Source: Minisyncoccota bacterium (GTDB taxonomy: Bacteria; Patescibacteriota; Minisyncoccia; Phycocordibacterales; JABAAK01). From it: a DNA stretch of 64,000 nucleotides. The notes beneath the pieces are model-generated. The model ran no database searches and was not told the origin of the DNA. It was given only the letters and a program-made list of their open reading frames with translations. The stretch is from contig OY764332.1 in NCBI GenBank assembly GCA_963668425.1, positions 41,241 to 105,240 of the forward strand, in the 5' to 3' direction. Positions 47,930 through 58,041 of the stretch are shown piece by piece (positions within the stretch are counted from its first letter, which is position 1; each line of letters starts with the position of its first letter). A program made the position numbers and the translations under genes.

Positions 47930-48002
47930 AGCCACCTGTCGGATTTGAACCGACGACCTACGCGTTACGAGTGCGTTGCTCTACCGACTGAGCTAAGGTG
48001 GC
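47930..48002 (-). tRNA. tRNA-Thr (anticodon CGT), CCA not encoded.
   Basis: Reverse complement GCCACCT-TA-GCTC-AGTCGGTA-GAGC-A-ACGCA-CTCGTAA-CGCGT-AGGTC-GTCGG-TTCAAAT-CCGAC-AGGTGGC-T. Confidence 0.78.
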
Positions 48003-48070
48003 GGATACCTGTACTATACCAGCAACATACTATATATCTCGCCTTGCTCATACTGTTACTCAAGTGGTGC

Positions 48071-50224
48071 TTACCACTTCTCAACGATGAGGAGTTTTTG
48101 TGTTTTATACGCTCCTTCTGGGATATGTTGCCAAATGGTTTCGGTGATAAACGGCATAAACGGGTGTAGTGCCTTGAGCGAGTTAGCGTAGAGATACAGC
48201 AGTAATGATTGTCGCGACTGCTTAATGTCGGCACTGCTGTCTGAGAAAATCTTTTTACTTTCTTCAATAATATTGTCCGCGAAGGTGTGCCATGTATACT
48301 GGTAGATTTTTTCAGCGGCAAGGTGATATCTATGCTGCTCCATATCGTCTGTTATCTCTTGCAGGAGTGTGTCAAATGAATTTTTGTGCTCTTTGTCTTG
48401 CTTTGTAATAGCATTTGTATATACACACCCATTTGTTTCAGTCAAGATAAACCGTCCGATATTCCATACCTTGTTTGCGAATTTTTTATATCCACGAATT
48501 TTATCCAAAGAGAAATTAATATGTTCTCCGGGTACGTTGCCGACAATGTATGCCATACGCATTGCATCCGTGCCGTACTCTTTTGCCACCTCAGTCGGAT
48601 CAATGACATTACCTTTTGACTTACTCATCTTCTCTCCCTTACTATCCCGCACCAATCCGTGTAAATACACTTCCTTAAACGGCGCTTTGCCGGTACGGTA
48701 GAGTCCTAGCAATATCATTCGCACTACCCAAAAAAATAAGATATCATTTCCGGTTTCCATCATGTCTGTTGGGTAAAAAGTGTCGTACTCTTTTCCATCT
48801 GGGTATCCAAGGGTAATAAATGGCCACTGTCCAGAGGAGAACCATGTGTCAAATGTGTCAGGGTCCTGTTCAACAGCACCGCCACATTTTGTGCATTGTG
48901 TTATCGTGTTTTCAATGTCAACCATGCCATGATCACACTGTGTGCAGATTTTTGCCGGTATCGGTATGCCCCACACAATCTGTCGTGATATGTTCCAATC
49001 TTGTATTTGTGAAAGCCAGTGCAGTGCAACTCGCCTGTGCCGCTCTGTTACAAATACTACTTCTTTGTTGTTAATTGCCGTGATTGCCTGCTCTGCCAAT
49101 GGCTTCATCTTAATAAACCACTGCTTTTTGAGTTGTGGCTCAATTTCTTTTCCACACTTATAACATACTGATACTGCATGCGTATACTCCTTGTCAATTC
49201 GTACTATTAACCCCATTTTCCCCATTTTTTCCACAATTTTTCCACGAGCATCCATACTTTTCATGCCGGCAAATTCCCCTGCAATTGGCAATAGTTTCCC
49301 ACGTTCGTCAATAATCTGCTCCACCTCCAGATTGTGGCGTTGTGCTATTTCCCAGTCAATTTTTGAATGCCATGGTGTGATGGTCATTGCACCAGTTCCT
49401 TTTTCAGGGTCCCCCGCTTCGTCTTTTATCACCGTTGCCTCTACAGTGCCGTTAATCCAATTGATAGATATTTTTTGTCCGTGCTTGTACGCTTTGTACC
49501 GCTCATCGTCTGGATGTACTACCACATACTTATCACTGAATTTTGTTTCCGGTCGTACTGTACCGATAACGAAGGGTCCGTATTGAAGATAGTAAAATGG
49601 GTCTTTTCGCTCTACATGCTCTAACTCTAAATCAGAGAAACCTGTTTGATGTTTTGGACACCAGTGTACCGAGCGTAGAGAGCGATACAATAACCCATCT
49701 TTTTCCAGTTGCGCGAATGTCGCATACACCTGTTCTTTTACACGATCATCAAGCGTGAATAGCATTCGTGACCAATCACAACTTGCCCCAAGCGAGCGCA
49801 GCTGTCTTTCCATGTGTGATTTGTTTTCTTTTGTGAACGCCAATATTTCGGAGTACAACTCTTCTCGTGACATATCAAACCGTGATCGTTTCTCCTTTGC
49901 TAATTTTTTTTCATATACTACCTGTGTTTCAAATCCAGCATGATCTGCTCCGGGTACCCACAATGCTTTTTTACCTCGCATACGTTGATATCGCGCCATC
50001 ATGTCTTCTAATGTTACAAACAGTGCGTGTCCCGCATGCAATGAGCCGTTTGCATTTGGTGGTGGCATGATTATGGTATATGCTTTTTTTCGTTCTCCCG
50101 GCAGGTTGTCAGGATTAAAAAAACCACTTTCCTCCCACAATGTATATATCTTTTTCTCATTCTCTTCATGATTATACGGAGAGAGAAAAGTATTCGGAAT
50201 ATCAGGTGTAGTATTCATACCCAT
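48071..50224 (-). CDS. valS: Valine--tRNA ligase (short form, 717 aa).
   Basis: HIGH-region PPPNANGSLHAGHAL and KMSKS-region KMSKSKGNVIDP are both of the ValS type. The C-terminal coiled-coil domain is absent. Confidence 0.85.
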   Translation of the reverse strand: MGMNTTPDIPNTFLSPYNHEENEKKIYTLWEESGFFNPDNLPGERKKAYTIIMPPPNANGSLHAGHALFVTLEDMMARYQRMRGKKALWVPGADHAGFETQVVYEKKLAKEKRSRFDMSREELYSEILAFTKENKSHMERQLRSLGASCDWSRMLFTLDDRVKEQVYATFAQLEKDGLLYRSLRSVHWCPKHQTGFSDLELEHVERKDPFYYLQYGPFVIGTVRPETKFSDKYVVVHPDDERYKAYKHGQKISINWINGTVEATVIKDEAGDPEKGTGAMTITPWHSKIDWEIAQRHNLEVEQIIDERGKLLPIAGEFAGMKSMDARGKIVEKMGKMGLIVRIDKEYTHAVSVCYKCGKEIEPQLKKQWFIKMKPLAEQAITAINNKEVVFVTERHRRVALHWLSQIQDWNISRQIVWGIPIPAKICTQCDHGMVDIENTITQCTKCGGAVEQDPDTFDTWFSSGQWPFITLGYPDGKEYDTFYPTDMMETGNDILFFWVVRMILLGLYRTGKAPFKEVYLHGLVRDSKGEKMSKSKGNVIDPTEVAKEYGTDAMRMAYIVGNVPGEHINFSLDKIRGYKKFANKVWNIGRFILTETNGCVYTNAITKQDKEHKNSFDTLLQEITDDMEQHRYHLAAEKIYQYTWHTFADNIIEESKKIFSDSSADIKQSRQSLLLYLYANSLKALHPFMPFITETIWQHIPEGAYKTQKLLIVEKW

Positions 50225-50370
50225 AGTGTATCATCTCCTTCTGGTGAAAAAGTAGTTTGTCTTTAAAAAAATTAGGCGGTATACGTTACTGGATATTTTT
50301 GAAAAAGAATGCCTTGGTGCTATTTTCGTCTGTCTGTATTACATCCTACGAGGTTGTCACTAACTACCTG

Positions 50371-50961
50371 TTACTTACTCTCTTCAGCATTTCGCCACAC
50401 GATATACAGCGGGTTTATAATCAGCCCTGCCACTACAAGCACGACGCCGATGGCTGTCAAGACAGCAAGTGCAGCTGCCGTCTCATTGTTTGACTCTGCA
50501 AATTTTGTTATTTCTGTGTGTAAGATAATTGTTCCTATCATTATGCCGAGTACTGCATATATCCGAGATCCCCATCGTAGCAGTGCTTGCCATAGTGGTT
50601 GTCTATTTTTAAGGAGTAAAAATAGCGCTGTGCCGGCGAGGAGTGGAATATACACCTGCTTTAGATAAAACACTATAGCTTCGGGGATGGATAGAGAGCC
50701 GTAGGAGCGATGCATTAAAGATGGAACACTTAACACGAGTAGAATAACACTGAAGGCAATTGCAATCCGTTGGTGTCCATGCAGATCCAGCATTGAGAAT
50801 ATCGCTAATGCCGTTGCTGTTGCGAGTGCTATGGTTAGGAGCAGTCCGTACCATGGCATATCAGTTAAATTGCCGTTGAACCATGCTAGCATAAAAATCA
50901 AAAATGACAGTACTATTGATCCATAATCAAACAATGTTATGTATGTTTTCCTTCCTTTCAT
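50371..50961 (-). CDS. Integral membrane protein, hypothetical.
   Basis: 196 aa with five or six TM helices. Confidence 0.5.
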   Translation of the reverse strand: MKGRKTYITLFDYGSIVLSFLIFMLAWFNGNLTDMPWYGLLLTIALATATALAIFSMLDLHGHQRIAIAFSVILLVLSVPSLMHRSYGSLSIPEAIVFYLKQVYIPLLAGTALFLLLKNRQPLWQALLRWGSRIYAVLGIMIGTIILHTEITKFAESNNETAAALAVLTAIGVVLVVAGLIINPLYIVWRNAEESK

Positions 50962-51039
50962 GTATATGCATAGTATACAGTATGCGAGATATGCTGTTCT
51001 ACGTTTTTAACATGCTGGTGGTCAAAGGGTTGTCAGGCA

Positions 51040-52695
51040 CTAATACATGCCACCGCCCATAGCCGCCGCCGGATCCATCTCTGGCTTATTTTCTTTTTCA
51101 GGAATATCAGTTACTGCCGCTTCAGTTGTCAAAAAGATACCAACTGTTGAAACTGCATGCTGCAAGCCACCACGTGCAACCTTTACTGGATCAATAATAC
51201 CGGCAGAAAACATGTCGTCAACATACAACTGCTTCAGTGCATTATACCCCGCTGTTTTACTTGCTGCATCCTGCACTTTTCGCACAACTGCTTTTCCTTC
51301 GCCATCGCCAATAGCATTCTCAACAATCCGCATCAATGGTGCTTCAAGTGCATCTGTAACGATTGCATATCCCTTTTCTTCGTACTCGTCATTCCACTGT
51401 ATATTTGCTCTCTGATCCCTTAGGTGTTTTGCGATATGCACGAATGCTGCGCCGCCGCCGGCAATCACCCCTTCTTCAAGTGCCGCCTTTGTTGCGTTTA
51501 CTGCATCTTCTATCTTCAGTTTCAGGTATTTCATCTCTGCCTCAGTTGCTGCACCAACACGGATAACTGCCACACCTCCGGAAAGTTTTGCGATTCTCTC
51601 TTGTAATTTTTCTTTTTCAAATGACTGATCTGTCTCTTCAAGCGTTGCCTCAAGCGAGCGAATACGTTCATCAACTGCCGGTTTCACATCAGATGCGCCT
51701 ACAATAATTGTGCTGTCTTTTTTTGCGACAACACGGGATGCCCTGCCGAGTACCTCGGTACCGATATTTTCAAAAGACATGCCGGCATCTTTAGAGACAA
51801 CCTGCGCTCCGATTGTTGTTGCTATGTCACCAAGCACATCTTTCTTCTGGTCACCAAACCCAGGTGCTTTTATCGCAAGCACATTAAAGGTGCCACGCAG
51901 TTTGTTTAGGACAAATGTGGTTAATGCTTCACCCTCAACATCTTCGGCAATAATCACTAAATCTTTAGTCCCCATTTGTGTCAGTTTTTCAAGGAATGGC
52001 AAAATTTCTTTCACGCCGGAGATTTTTTCGGTTGTTATTAACACTGGTACATCTTTGTACTCTGCTTCAAGGCGGTCTGGATTAGTCATCATGTATGGCG
52101 AGATATACCCGTTATCTATCTCCAAACCTTCCACGACCTCTGACTCAATGCCGAATGATTGCGATTCCTCAACGGTAACAACTCCTTTGTTGCCGACTTT
52201 TTGCACGGTTTCGGCGATGATTTTTCCAAACTCCTCTGATTCGGCGGACACTGATGCAATATGCGCTACTTCAGCATCATTAGAGATGTTCCGCTTCATC
52301 TGTGTTAACTGCTCTTCAGCCATTTTATGCGCTCGTTCCATACCTCGCCGCACAGACATTGCGTTTACCCCCTTGTCAATTTGCTTTAGCCCTTCATCAA
52401 CCATAGATTGTGCCAACACTACTGAAGTGCTGGTTCCGTCCCCCGCTAATTCATTGGTCTTATTGGCAACTTCTTTGATGATGTCAGCACCGATGTTTTC
52501 AAATGGGTCCTCAAGAGAAATTTCCTTTGCAATAGAAACACCGTCATTGGTAATAGTCGGCCCGCCAAATGACTTTTGTAGAGCGACATTCCGCCCGAAC
52601 GGTCCGATAGTAACCCCGACCGCTTTTGCAACAGCATCAACACCCTTTTTTACTTTGGCGCGTGCTTCTTCGTGAAATATAATTTGTTTAGCCAT
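51040..52695 (-). CDS. groL: Chaperonin GroEL (Cpn60).
   Basis: MAKQIIFHEEARAKVKKGVD..., AGDGTSTSVVLA, and a C-terminal GGM repeat (AAAMGGGMY). Length is 551 aa. Confidence 0.97.
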   Translation of the reverse strand: MAKQIIFHEEARAKVKKGVDAVAKAVGVTIGPFGRNVALQKSFGGPTITNDGVSIAKEISLEDPFENIGADIIKEVANKTNELAGDGTSTSVVLAQSMVDEGLKQIDKGVNAMSVRRGMERAHKMAEEQLTQMKRNISNDAEVAHIASVSAESEEFGKIIAETVQKVGNKGVVTVEESQSFGIESEVVEGLEIDNGYISPYMMTNPDRLEAEYKDVPVLITTEKISGVKEILPFLEKLTQMGTKDLVIIAEDVEGEALTTFVLNKLRGTFNVLAIKAPGFGDQKKDVLGDIATTIGAQVVSKDAGMSFENIGTEVLGRASRVVAKKDSTIIVGASDVKPAVDERIRSLEATLEETDQSFEKEKLQERIAKLSGGVAVIRVGAATEAEMKYLKLKIEDAVNATKAALEEGVIAGGGAAFVHIAKHLRDQRANIQWNDEYEEKGYAIVTDALEAPLMRIVENAIGDGEGKAVVRKVQDAASKTAGYNALKQLYVDDMFSAGIIDPVKVARGGLQHAVSTVGIFLTTEAAVTDIPEKENKPEMDPAAAMGGGMY

Positions 52696-52803
52696 ATTTA
52701 GTACTGTAATACCACCTTAAGATTAATAATAAGTATTTTCATTATAATGAAAACGGCAAAAAAAATCAAATCTTGGCTTTTTTGCTGCCTTATTTTGGCT
52801 GTC

Positions 52804-53106
52804 TTACCCTGTCCCTAAGATGCCGAGCAAACTGCTTTCACCGACCAAGTGGTATTCTTTTCCCTCAATTTCTACCTTTTCGCCCCATGAAAATACAACT
52901 CTTTGTCCAATCTCCACTTTTGGCTTGATAACTGTTCCATTGTCAGTTTCTCGTCCGTCACCAACTGCAATAACTTTGCCTATAGTAGTAGCACCACCGC
53001 CTTCTTCGGAGTTTTTTGGGATAATGATGCCGGATCGCGTCTCTTCACCCTTTTCTTCAGCTTCAACAAGGACACGATCACCTAATGGTTTGATTGCTAT
53101 ACTCAT
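52804..53106 (-). CDS. groS: Co-chaperonin GroES (Cpn10).
   Basis: MSIAIKPLGDRVLVEAEEKGEETRSGIIIP; 100 aa; upstream of groL on the same strand. Confidence 0.95.
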   Translation of the reverse strand: MSIAIKPLGDRVLVEAEEKGEETRSGIIIPKNSEEGGGATTIGKVIAVGDGRETDNGTVIKPKVEIGQRVVFSWGEKVEIEGKEYHLVGESSLLGILGTG

Positions 53107-53290
53107 ACTAAATTAATTTATTAAAAAATTAAATAATACCTACGTAACCTTTAAATAAATTGATTACCTTTTAAGTATGACACAAAAACTACTTAAATGC
53201 AAAACTTTTGATCCGCCGGCTCATTTTTTATGCTTTTCTGATTGCTATTTGCGTATACTCCATCATCATTGTGCGGTATAGTACTGCTAT

Positions 53291-54727
53291 ATGCTTACGT
53301 CGTTACTTTCTACTGTGCTATCGCGCAAAAAAAAGGCCTACTTTATCGGTATTGCTGGTGCGGGAATGAGTGCAGTCGCCCAGCTTTTAAAAACGCGTGG
53401 CTGGAAGGTGAGTGGCTCCGATGAGGGCGCATACCCACCGATCACCACATATCTTGAACAGCACAATATTCCGTATACCAAAACTCACAGCAAGGACTCC
53501 GTGCCGAGGGACGCTGATTTGGTGGTTGTCGGCAAGCATGCTGGGCTCACTAGAGAAGAAAATGAAGAGGTTGCTTTTGTCTATGATAATAACTTTACCA
53601 TTCAGTCGTTTCCAGAAGTGCTGCATGACCTTACACAGCACACCCGCAATATTATATGCGCGGGTAGCCATGGTAAATCAACCTGCACAGGTTTGCTGAC
53701 GTGGTGCCTTCTTGAGCAAGGTCCCAGTTTTTTCATTGGCGCCCTTCCTTATAATCTTGATACAAATGCGCGCTCAGGTAAGGGAGACCTGTTTATTCTT
53801 GAAGGAGATGAATACCCCGCATCAAATACTGACACTACGTCAAAATTTCTTTACTATAACGCGAGTGATGTGCTTATCACCTCATTGGAACATGATCATC
53901 TCAACGTATTCAACACTCAAGAAGCGTACACAGCACCCTTTCTTCAGCTTATAGATTCACTGCCGACTGATGGGTGGCTGGTTATGAGTGGTGAAGATGA
54001 GCACATACAAAAAACACTGCCACGTATATCAAGAAAGATAGTAACCTACAGCACTGATCAACGATTTGAAACTGATTGGTATGCGAGAGATATCACCTAT
54101 GGGGAGGAGACCCATTTTGATCTGTATCGCAATGGTGATCATGTTACCCATCTTGCTACTACCCTACTTGGGCGACACAACGTAGAAAACATCATCGGCG
54201 TCTCTGCTTTATTACTGGAAAAAAATCTTCTAACAGCGGAGACACTGCAGCAAAAAGTGCGTTCGTTTACCGGCATCAGACGCCGACTAGATAAAAAAAC
54301 AGAACAATCGTCAGTTTTATTGTATGAGGGCTTTGGCTCATCACACAGTAAGGCACAATCCGCTATTGTTGCAATGAAAACACATTTTCCTGAAAGACGA
54401 TTATTGATTATTTTTGAGCCGCATTCACTTTCATGGCGTAGAAAAGAATATCTTAAGCACTATCAAGGGCTTTTTGATGACGCGGCAAAGGTGTTTGTCC
54501 ATATTGATTCTGTGCCTGTACCAAAAGATGGCACTACCGTATCTGGTGAGGATTTATTTGCTCATATTAAAGATAGTGGTGTTGCTGCGGTACGCCTCAA
54601 GAGCGATCTTGCGCCAGTCCTTGAGGAAGTTCAAAAAGATGATGTCATCCTCTGTCTCTCTTCTGGTGACATAGGTGGCATTCTCCCGACTCTCACGCAA
54701 GCATTAGAACAGCGGTTTTCTGGTTAA
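53291..54727 (+). CDS. Mur ligase family protein, Mpl-like (UDP-MurNAc:L-Ala-gamma-D-Glu-meso-DAP ligase) or MurC-like.
   Basis: N-terminal YFIGIAGAGMSAVAQLLKTRGWKVSGSDEGAYPPI has the GSDxxxYPP(M/I) feature typical of Mpl. The ATP site reads ICAGSHGKSTCTGLLTW. Length is 478 aa. Confidence 0.75.
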   Translation: MLTSLLSTVLSRKKKAYFIGIAGAGMSAVAQLLKTRGWKVSGSDEGAYPPITTYLEQHNIPYTKTHSKDSVPRDADLVVVGKHAGLTREENEEVAFVYDNNFTIQSFPEVLHDLTQHTRNIICAGSHGKSTCTGLLTWCLLEQGPSFFIGALPYNLDTNARSGKGDLFILEGDEYPASNTDTTSKFLYYNASDVLITSLEHDHLNVFNTQEAYTAPFLQLIDSLPTDGWLVMSGEDEHIQKTLPRISRKIVTYSTDQRFETDWYARDITYGEETHFDLYRNGDHVTHLATTLLGRHNVENIIGVSALLLEKNLLTAETLQQKVRSFTGIRRRLDKKTEQSSVLLYEGFGSSHSKAQSAIVAMKTHFPERRLLIIFEPHSLSWRRKEYLKHYQGLFDDAAKVFVHIDSVPVPKDGTTVSGEDLFAHIKDSGVAAVRLKSDLAPVLEEVQKDDVILCLSSGDIGGILPTLTQALEQRFSG

Positions 54728-54856
54728 CGTAAAGAGCTGTATATGATACGTGTACTAATTGCAACTGGTGACTAATTGTTTCTTTTTTCTATCTTAAAAA
54801 ATATGCCACCCACCTTATACTATTGTAGTAAGGATGGGTGGCGTGTTAGTAGTTAG

Positions 54857-55918
54857 CTATTCTTTTTTGTTGTGCTGGACTATTCCGTGTTGGACTACTC
54901 CTGCTCCAACTATAATAAACTTGAGATGCCCGCCGGTTATTACATTGCCCTGAAGGACGACTGCCGTCTTTCCTTCTTTGATGGACTCTTCTACGCCAGC
55001 TTTGTATGCACTGGCTGAAGCCATCGTTTTAGCAATTTTCTCACTATAGTCCTCAGCAATCTGCGCTCTTATACTGTCAATTTTGCTGAAATCTGAGACC
55101 TGGTACCTTCCCTTAGGGAGAGTAGATACCCGGAAATATACCTCTTCTTCAGACACAACGAACTTAAGATACCCACCGATTAGTCGGCTGCCCTGCAGAG
55201 TTGCTACAATTCGTCCTTCTTTGACGGACTCTTCTACACCGGCCTTGTATACACCGAATGAAGTCATCGTTTCGGCAACTCTCTCACCATAGTCCTCAGC
55301 AATCTGCGCTCTTATGTTGTCAATCTTGCTTATATCCGATATCTTGTAGACATTGCTGGGAGTAGTGGGTACTACTGCAACAGGTGTTTGATTTACCTGA
55401 GGTTTCTGAGTTCCCTGCTGTTTAAGAGGGCTTGAGTGTGCACCTCGGAGTCCGACTGCCTTGAATCCACGAATTGCTGGTACGGTACGGGTTACCTGTC
55501 TTCGAATTGTTATCCGTTTGGTACTGGAACCCTGAGCTTGATTGACTGGATACTTTTCAAGTAGCATTTCCAGCAATCCTATTGTTGCTCCGTCCTCAAG
55601 GTACTCTTTTCCTTCCTGCTTTGCTTGTAGGATCCTAACGCCAACCTCTTGGGCTTTTGGATTATCTTTCCCAAGATCTCTTCCTGTCAGATCAGACGCA
55701 TACTCCAGTGCTTCCTCTAATGGGATCTTGTAGCCATCGTTGTCACTCTCGGTAGTAACGAATGTTGGCTCTATTGACCGAACAGGTTCTTTATCACTAG
55801 GATTTGCATCTGCAAAACTATGTGTCATGCATACGACAACAATGGTCGCTATAATGACTAATCGTTTCATTTTCTCTCCTCCTGAGAATGTGCCACCCAC
55901 CTTATACCATGGTAGCAA
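54857..55918 (-). CDS. Secreted hypothetical protein with an internal tandem ~70-aa repeat; paralog of 61925..62566.
   Basis: Signal peptide MKRLVIIATIVVVCMTHSFA. A conserved N-domain ...LTGRDLGKDNPKAQEVGVRILQAKQEGKEYLEDGATIGLLEMLLEKYPVN is shared with 61925..62566. Two repeats follow: Y(K/Q)(I/V)SD(I/F)SKID(N/S)IRAQIAEDY...KAGVEES(V/I)KEG...LQG...GG(Y/H)LKF. Confidence 0.55.
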   Translation of the reverse strand: MLPWYKVGGTFSGGEKMKRLVIIATIVVVCMTHSFADANPSDKEPVRSIEPTFVTTESDNDGYKIPLEEALEYASDLTGRDLGKDNPKAQEVGVRILQAKQEGKEYLEDGATIGLLEMLLEKYPVNQAQGSSTKRITIRRQVTRTVPAIRGFKAVGLRGAHSSPLKQQGTQKPQVNQTPVAVVPTTPSNVYKISDISKIDNIRAQIAEDYGERVAETMTSFGVYKAGVEESVKEGRIVATLQGSRLIGGYLKFVVSEEEVYFRVSTLPKGRYQVSDFSKIDSIRAQIAEDYSEKIAKTMASASAYKAGVEESIKEGKTAVVLQGNVITGGHLKFIIVGAGVVQHGIVQHNKKE

Positions 55919-55930
55919 GGTTGCGTGACG

Positions 55931-56170
55931 TTAGTAGTCAACTACTTTTTTGCTGTACTTAAGAACAAGCCCCTCTTGAGGTCTATTTTTCAGTATATCA
56001 CAGAGTGCCTCTACCCATGATGCGGAACTCTTTTTCTGATGCGCGCTCAAAAATGTTATCCTGTTGCTTCTGTGCTTTCTGGTGCCCCCCATAGAAATTT
56101 GCATTGGAATATTATCTTTCTCTGGTTCAAATTTTTCATTCGGCTGAAATTCTTTTACTAGTAGCAGCAC
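55931..56170 (-). CDS. Small hypothetical protein (79 aa), 12 bp downstream of ychF.
   Basis: ORF only. No motif recognised. Confidence 0.2.
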   Translation of the reverse strand: MLLLVKEFQPNEKFEPEKDNIPMQISMGGTRKHRSNRITFLSAHQKKSSASWVEALCDILKNRPQEGLVLKYSKKVVDY

Positions 56171-56181
56171 GTTATGGTGAA

Positions 56182-57264
56182 TTATCCATGCCGAAATACA
56201 ATAACGTCTCCGTCTTGGACAATGTATTCCTTTCCTTCCAGTCGCAAGTCACCGCTATCTCGTGCTGAGGCATATGAGCCGGCACTGATGAGGGTGTCAT
56301 GCATGACGACTTCGGCGCGGATAAAATTCTTTTCAAAGTCAGTGTGAATCACTCCTCCTGCCTGTGGTGCTGTAGAGCCGGCAGGTATGCTCCACGCCTT
56401 GGTTTCTTTTTCGCCGGTAGTAAAAAATGTGATATAGCCCAGCGTTTTGTATGCCGACTGTATAATTGCATCAAGTCCACCGCCTGCGACCGCCAACTCT
56501 TTGCGCATATCTTTTGCCTCCTGCGGATCAAGTACGGATAGCTCTTGTTCAGTTAGTGCAGATATCGTAACTACTTCGCTTCCCGTTCGTGTTGCGCATT
56601 CCTGCACCTGCTCTACACTTTTCTCATCATAGTGTGTCCCAATGTTACACACATACATCACGGGTTTGACTGTGAGAAGACCTAATTCGCATAATTGTTT
56701 TGTTTTATCTTCTGTGAGTGAAAGTGATGCTACCATCCGCCCAGTTTGTAGCATTTTCACCACTTCCTCCAGTAGCGCTTTTTCGGCTATTGCCACCTTA
56801 TCACCCCGTTTCACCTCTTTTTCAATTTTCTCTAATCGTCGTTCGGTGAGCTGCATGTCTGCCAATAGTAATTCTGTTTCTATTACTTCAATATCTCGTG
56901 TTGGATTGATATCGCCGTCTACGTGCGTTACTGCATCGTCAAGAAAACAGCGGACTGTATGCGCAATGGCATCCACTTCGCGAATGTGCGAAAGAAATGC
57001 ATTACCCAGCCCTTCGCCAACTGAGGCACCGCGCACTAGCCCTGCGATGTCAACAAATTCAATCACTGTCGGTATAACCTTTTCAGATGCAGACATCTTT
57101 GCGAGTGTGGCAAGCCGCTCATCTGGCACTGCCACTACTCCGACAGACGGATCAATCGTGCAAAATGGGAAATTTTCTGCCGGTACTGATTTCTTTGTTA
57201 GTGCATTAAATAAGGTGCTTTTTCCTGTATTTGGTAATCCAACGATACCTATTGCTATGTTCAT
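56182..57264 (-). CDS. ychF: Ribosome-binding ATPase YchF (Obg family).
   Basis: MNIAIGIVGLPNTGKSTLFNALTK (P-loop), a coiled-coil insert, and a C-terminal TGS domain ...AWSIPAGSTAPQAGGVIHTDFEKNFIRAEVV. Confidence 0.9.
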   Translation of the reverse strand: MNIAIGIVGLPNTGKSTLFNALTKKSVPAENFPFCTIDPSVGVVAVPDERLATLAKMSASEKVIPTVIEFVDIAGLVRGASVGEGLGNAFLSHIREVDAIAHTVRCFLDDAVTHVDGDINPTRDIEVIETELLLADMQLTERRLEKIEKEVKRGDKVAIAEKALLEEVVKMLQTGRMVASLSLTEDKTKQLCELGLLTVKPVMYVCNIGTHYDEKSVEQVQECATRTGSEVVTISALTEQELSVLDPQEAKDMRKELAVAGGGLDAIIQSAYKTLGYITFFTTGEKETKAWSIPAGSTAPQAGGVIHTDFEKNFIRAEVVMHDTLISAGSYASARDSGDLRLEGKEYIVQDGDVIVFRHG

Positions 57265-57328
57265 ATTGTACTTGGCAGTATACCACCCAAACCTTGTGCA
57301 TTAGCGGGTATTTTAAGGTAAGAAATCC

Positions 57329-57877
57329 TTATACAGATGCCTTTGTGTGCACCTTGTTTTCTTTTTGCTGTATTATTTTATCCCGCAGAGTAAGGGCAAG
57401 CACTGAGTATATTTGCGTTATAGGGAATCCGTGTTCATAGAGAGCGTCTTTTGCTATTCTCTGTGTTTTTTCGTCTAATTCCTCATAGATGTCTCGACTA
57501 ACCTCTCGTGCTTTTTCTTCTATGTCCAATTTTATATCTAGGATGGAAAAGTGTTCGGCAGACAATCTCTCTAACCTGTCTTCTATTATCTTTTCGGCGT
57601 TTATTTTCTCTGCAATGTCTCTGCCGGCTTTGCTCAATCTTACTGGGCTGTTTGATTCTTCTGTGCCACCTCCCTCTTTTTGTGAAAGCATCTGTACAGC
57701 TACCTCAAGCCTAAAAATAGATTTTTGTATGTTAGATAGTTCTTTTTTAATGGCATCTACAACTTTTTCCTTCTCCTCCCACTTGCCCGCAAAAAAGGCA
57801 ACTTTGTACACGGCAGCAATGCAGGTAGCAACTACCGTAATACCACCACCGATTGATGCAAACTCTAACCATGTCAT
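57329..57877 (-). CDS. Membrane-anchored coiled-coil protein, hypothetical.
   Basis: N-terminal TM segment MTWLEFASIGGGITVVATCIAAVYKV. The remainder is charged and helical. Confidence 0.45.
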   Translation of the reverse strand: MTWLEFASIGGGITVVATCIAAVYKVAFFAGKWEEKEKVVDAIKKELSNIQKSIFRLEVAVQMLSQKEGGGTEESNSPVRLSKAGRDIAEKINAEKIIEDRLERLSAEHFSILDIKLDIEEKAREVSRDIYEELDEKTQRIAKDALYEHGFPITQIYSVLALTLRDKIIQQKENKVHTKASV

Positions 57878-58041
57878 AGTAATAATGTACCATCAGTGTA
57901 CATTCTTGTGTCAGGTTGTCAAGAAATACACCCCAGGCATGCCGTGGGGAGAGGCGTTGATCGGCATCGCATCAAAATACCTAAAATCCCCCTTATTCTT
58001 GCATATCTTGGTATACTGTTATTATTCACTATGACACAAAT

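Noticed and set aside
51047-52675. Plus-strand ORFs, including the 321-aa ORF 51710..52675.
   Set aside because: They are antisense to groEL; the translations are Ser/Thr/Ala-rich mirror artefacts of a highly expressed gene.
53107-53290. Searched for a CIRCE element (TTAGCACTC-N9-GAGTGCTAA) upstream of groES.
   Set aside because: No match was found in the 184-bp upstream region, so it is not reported.
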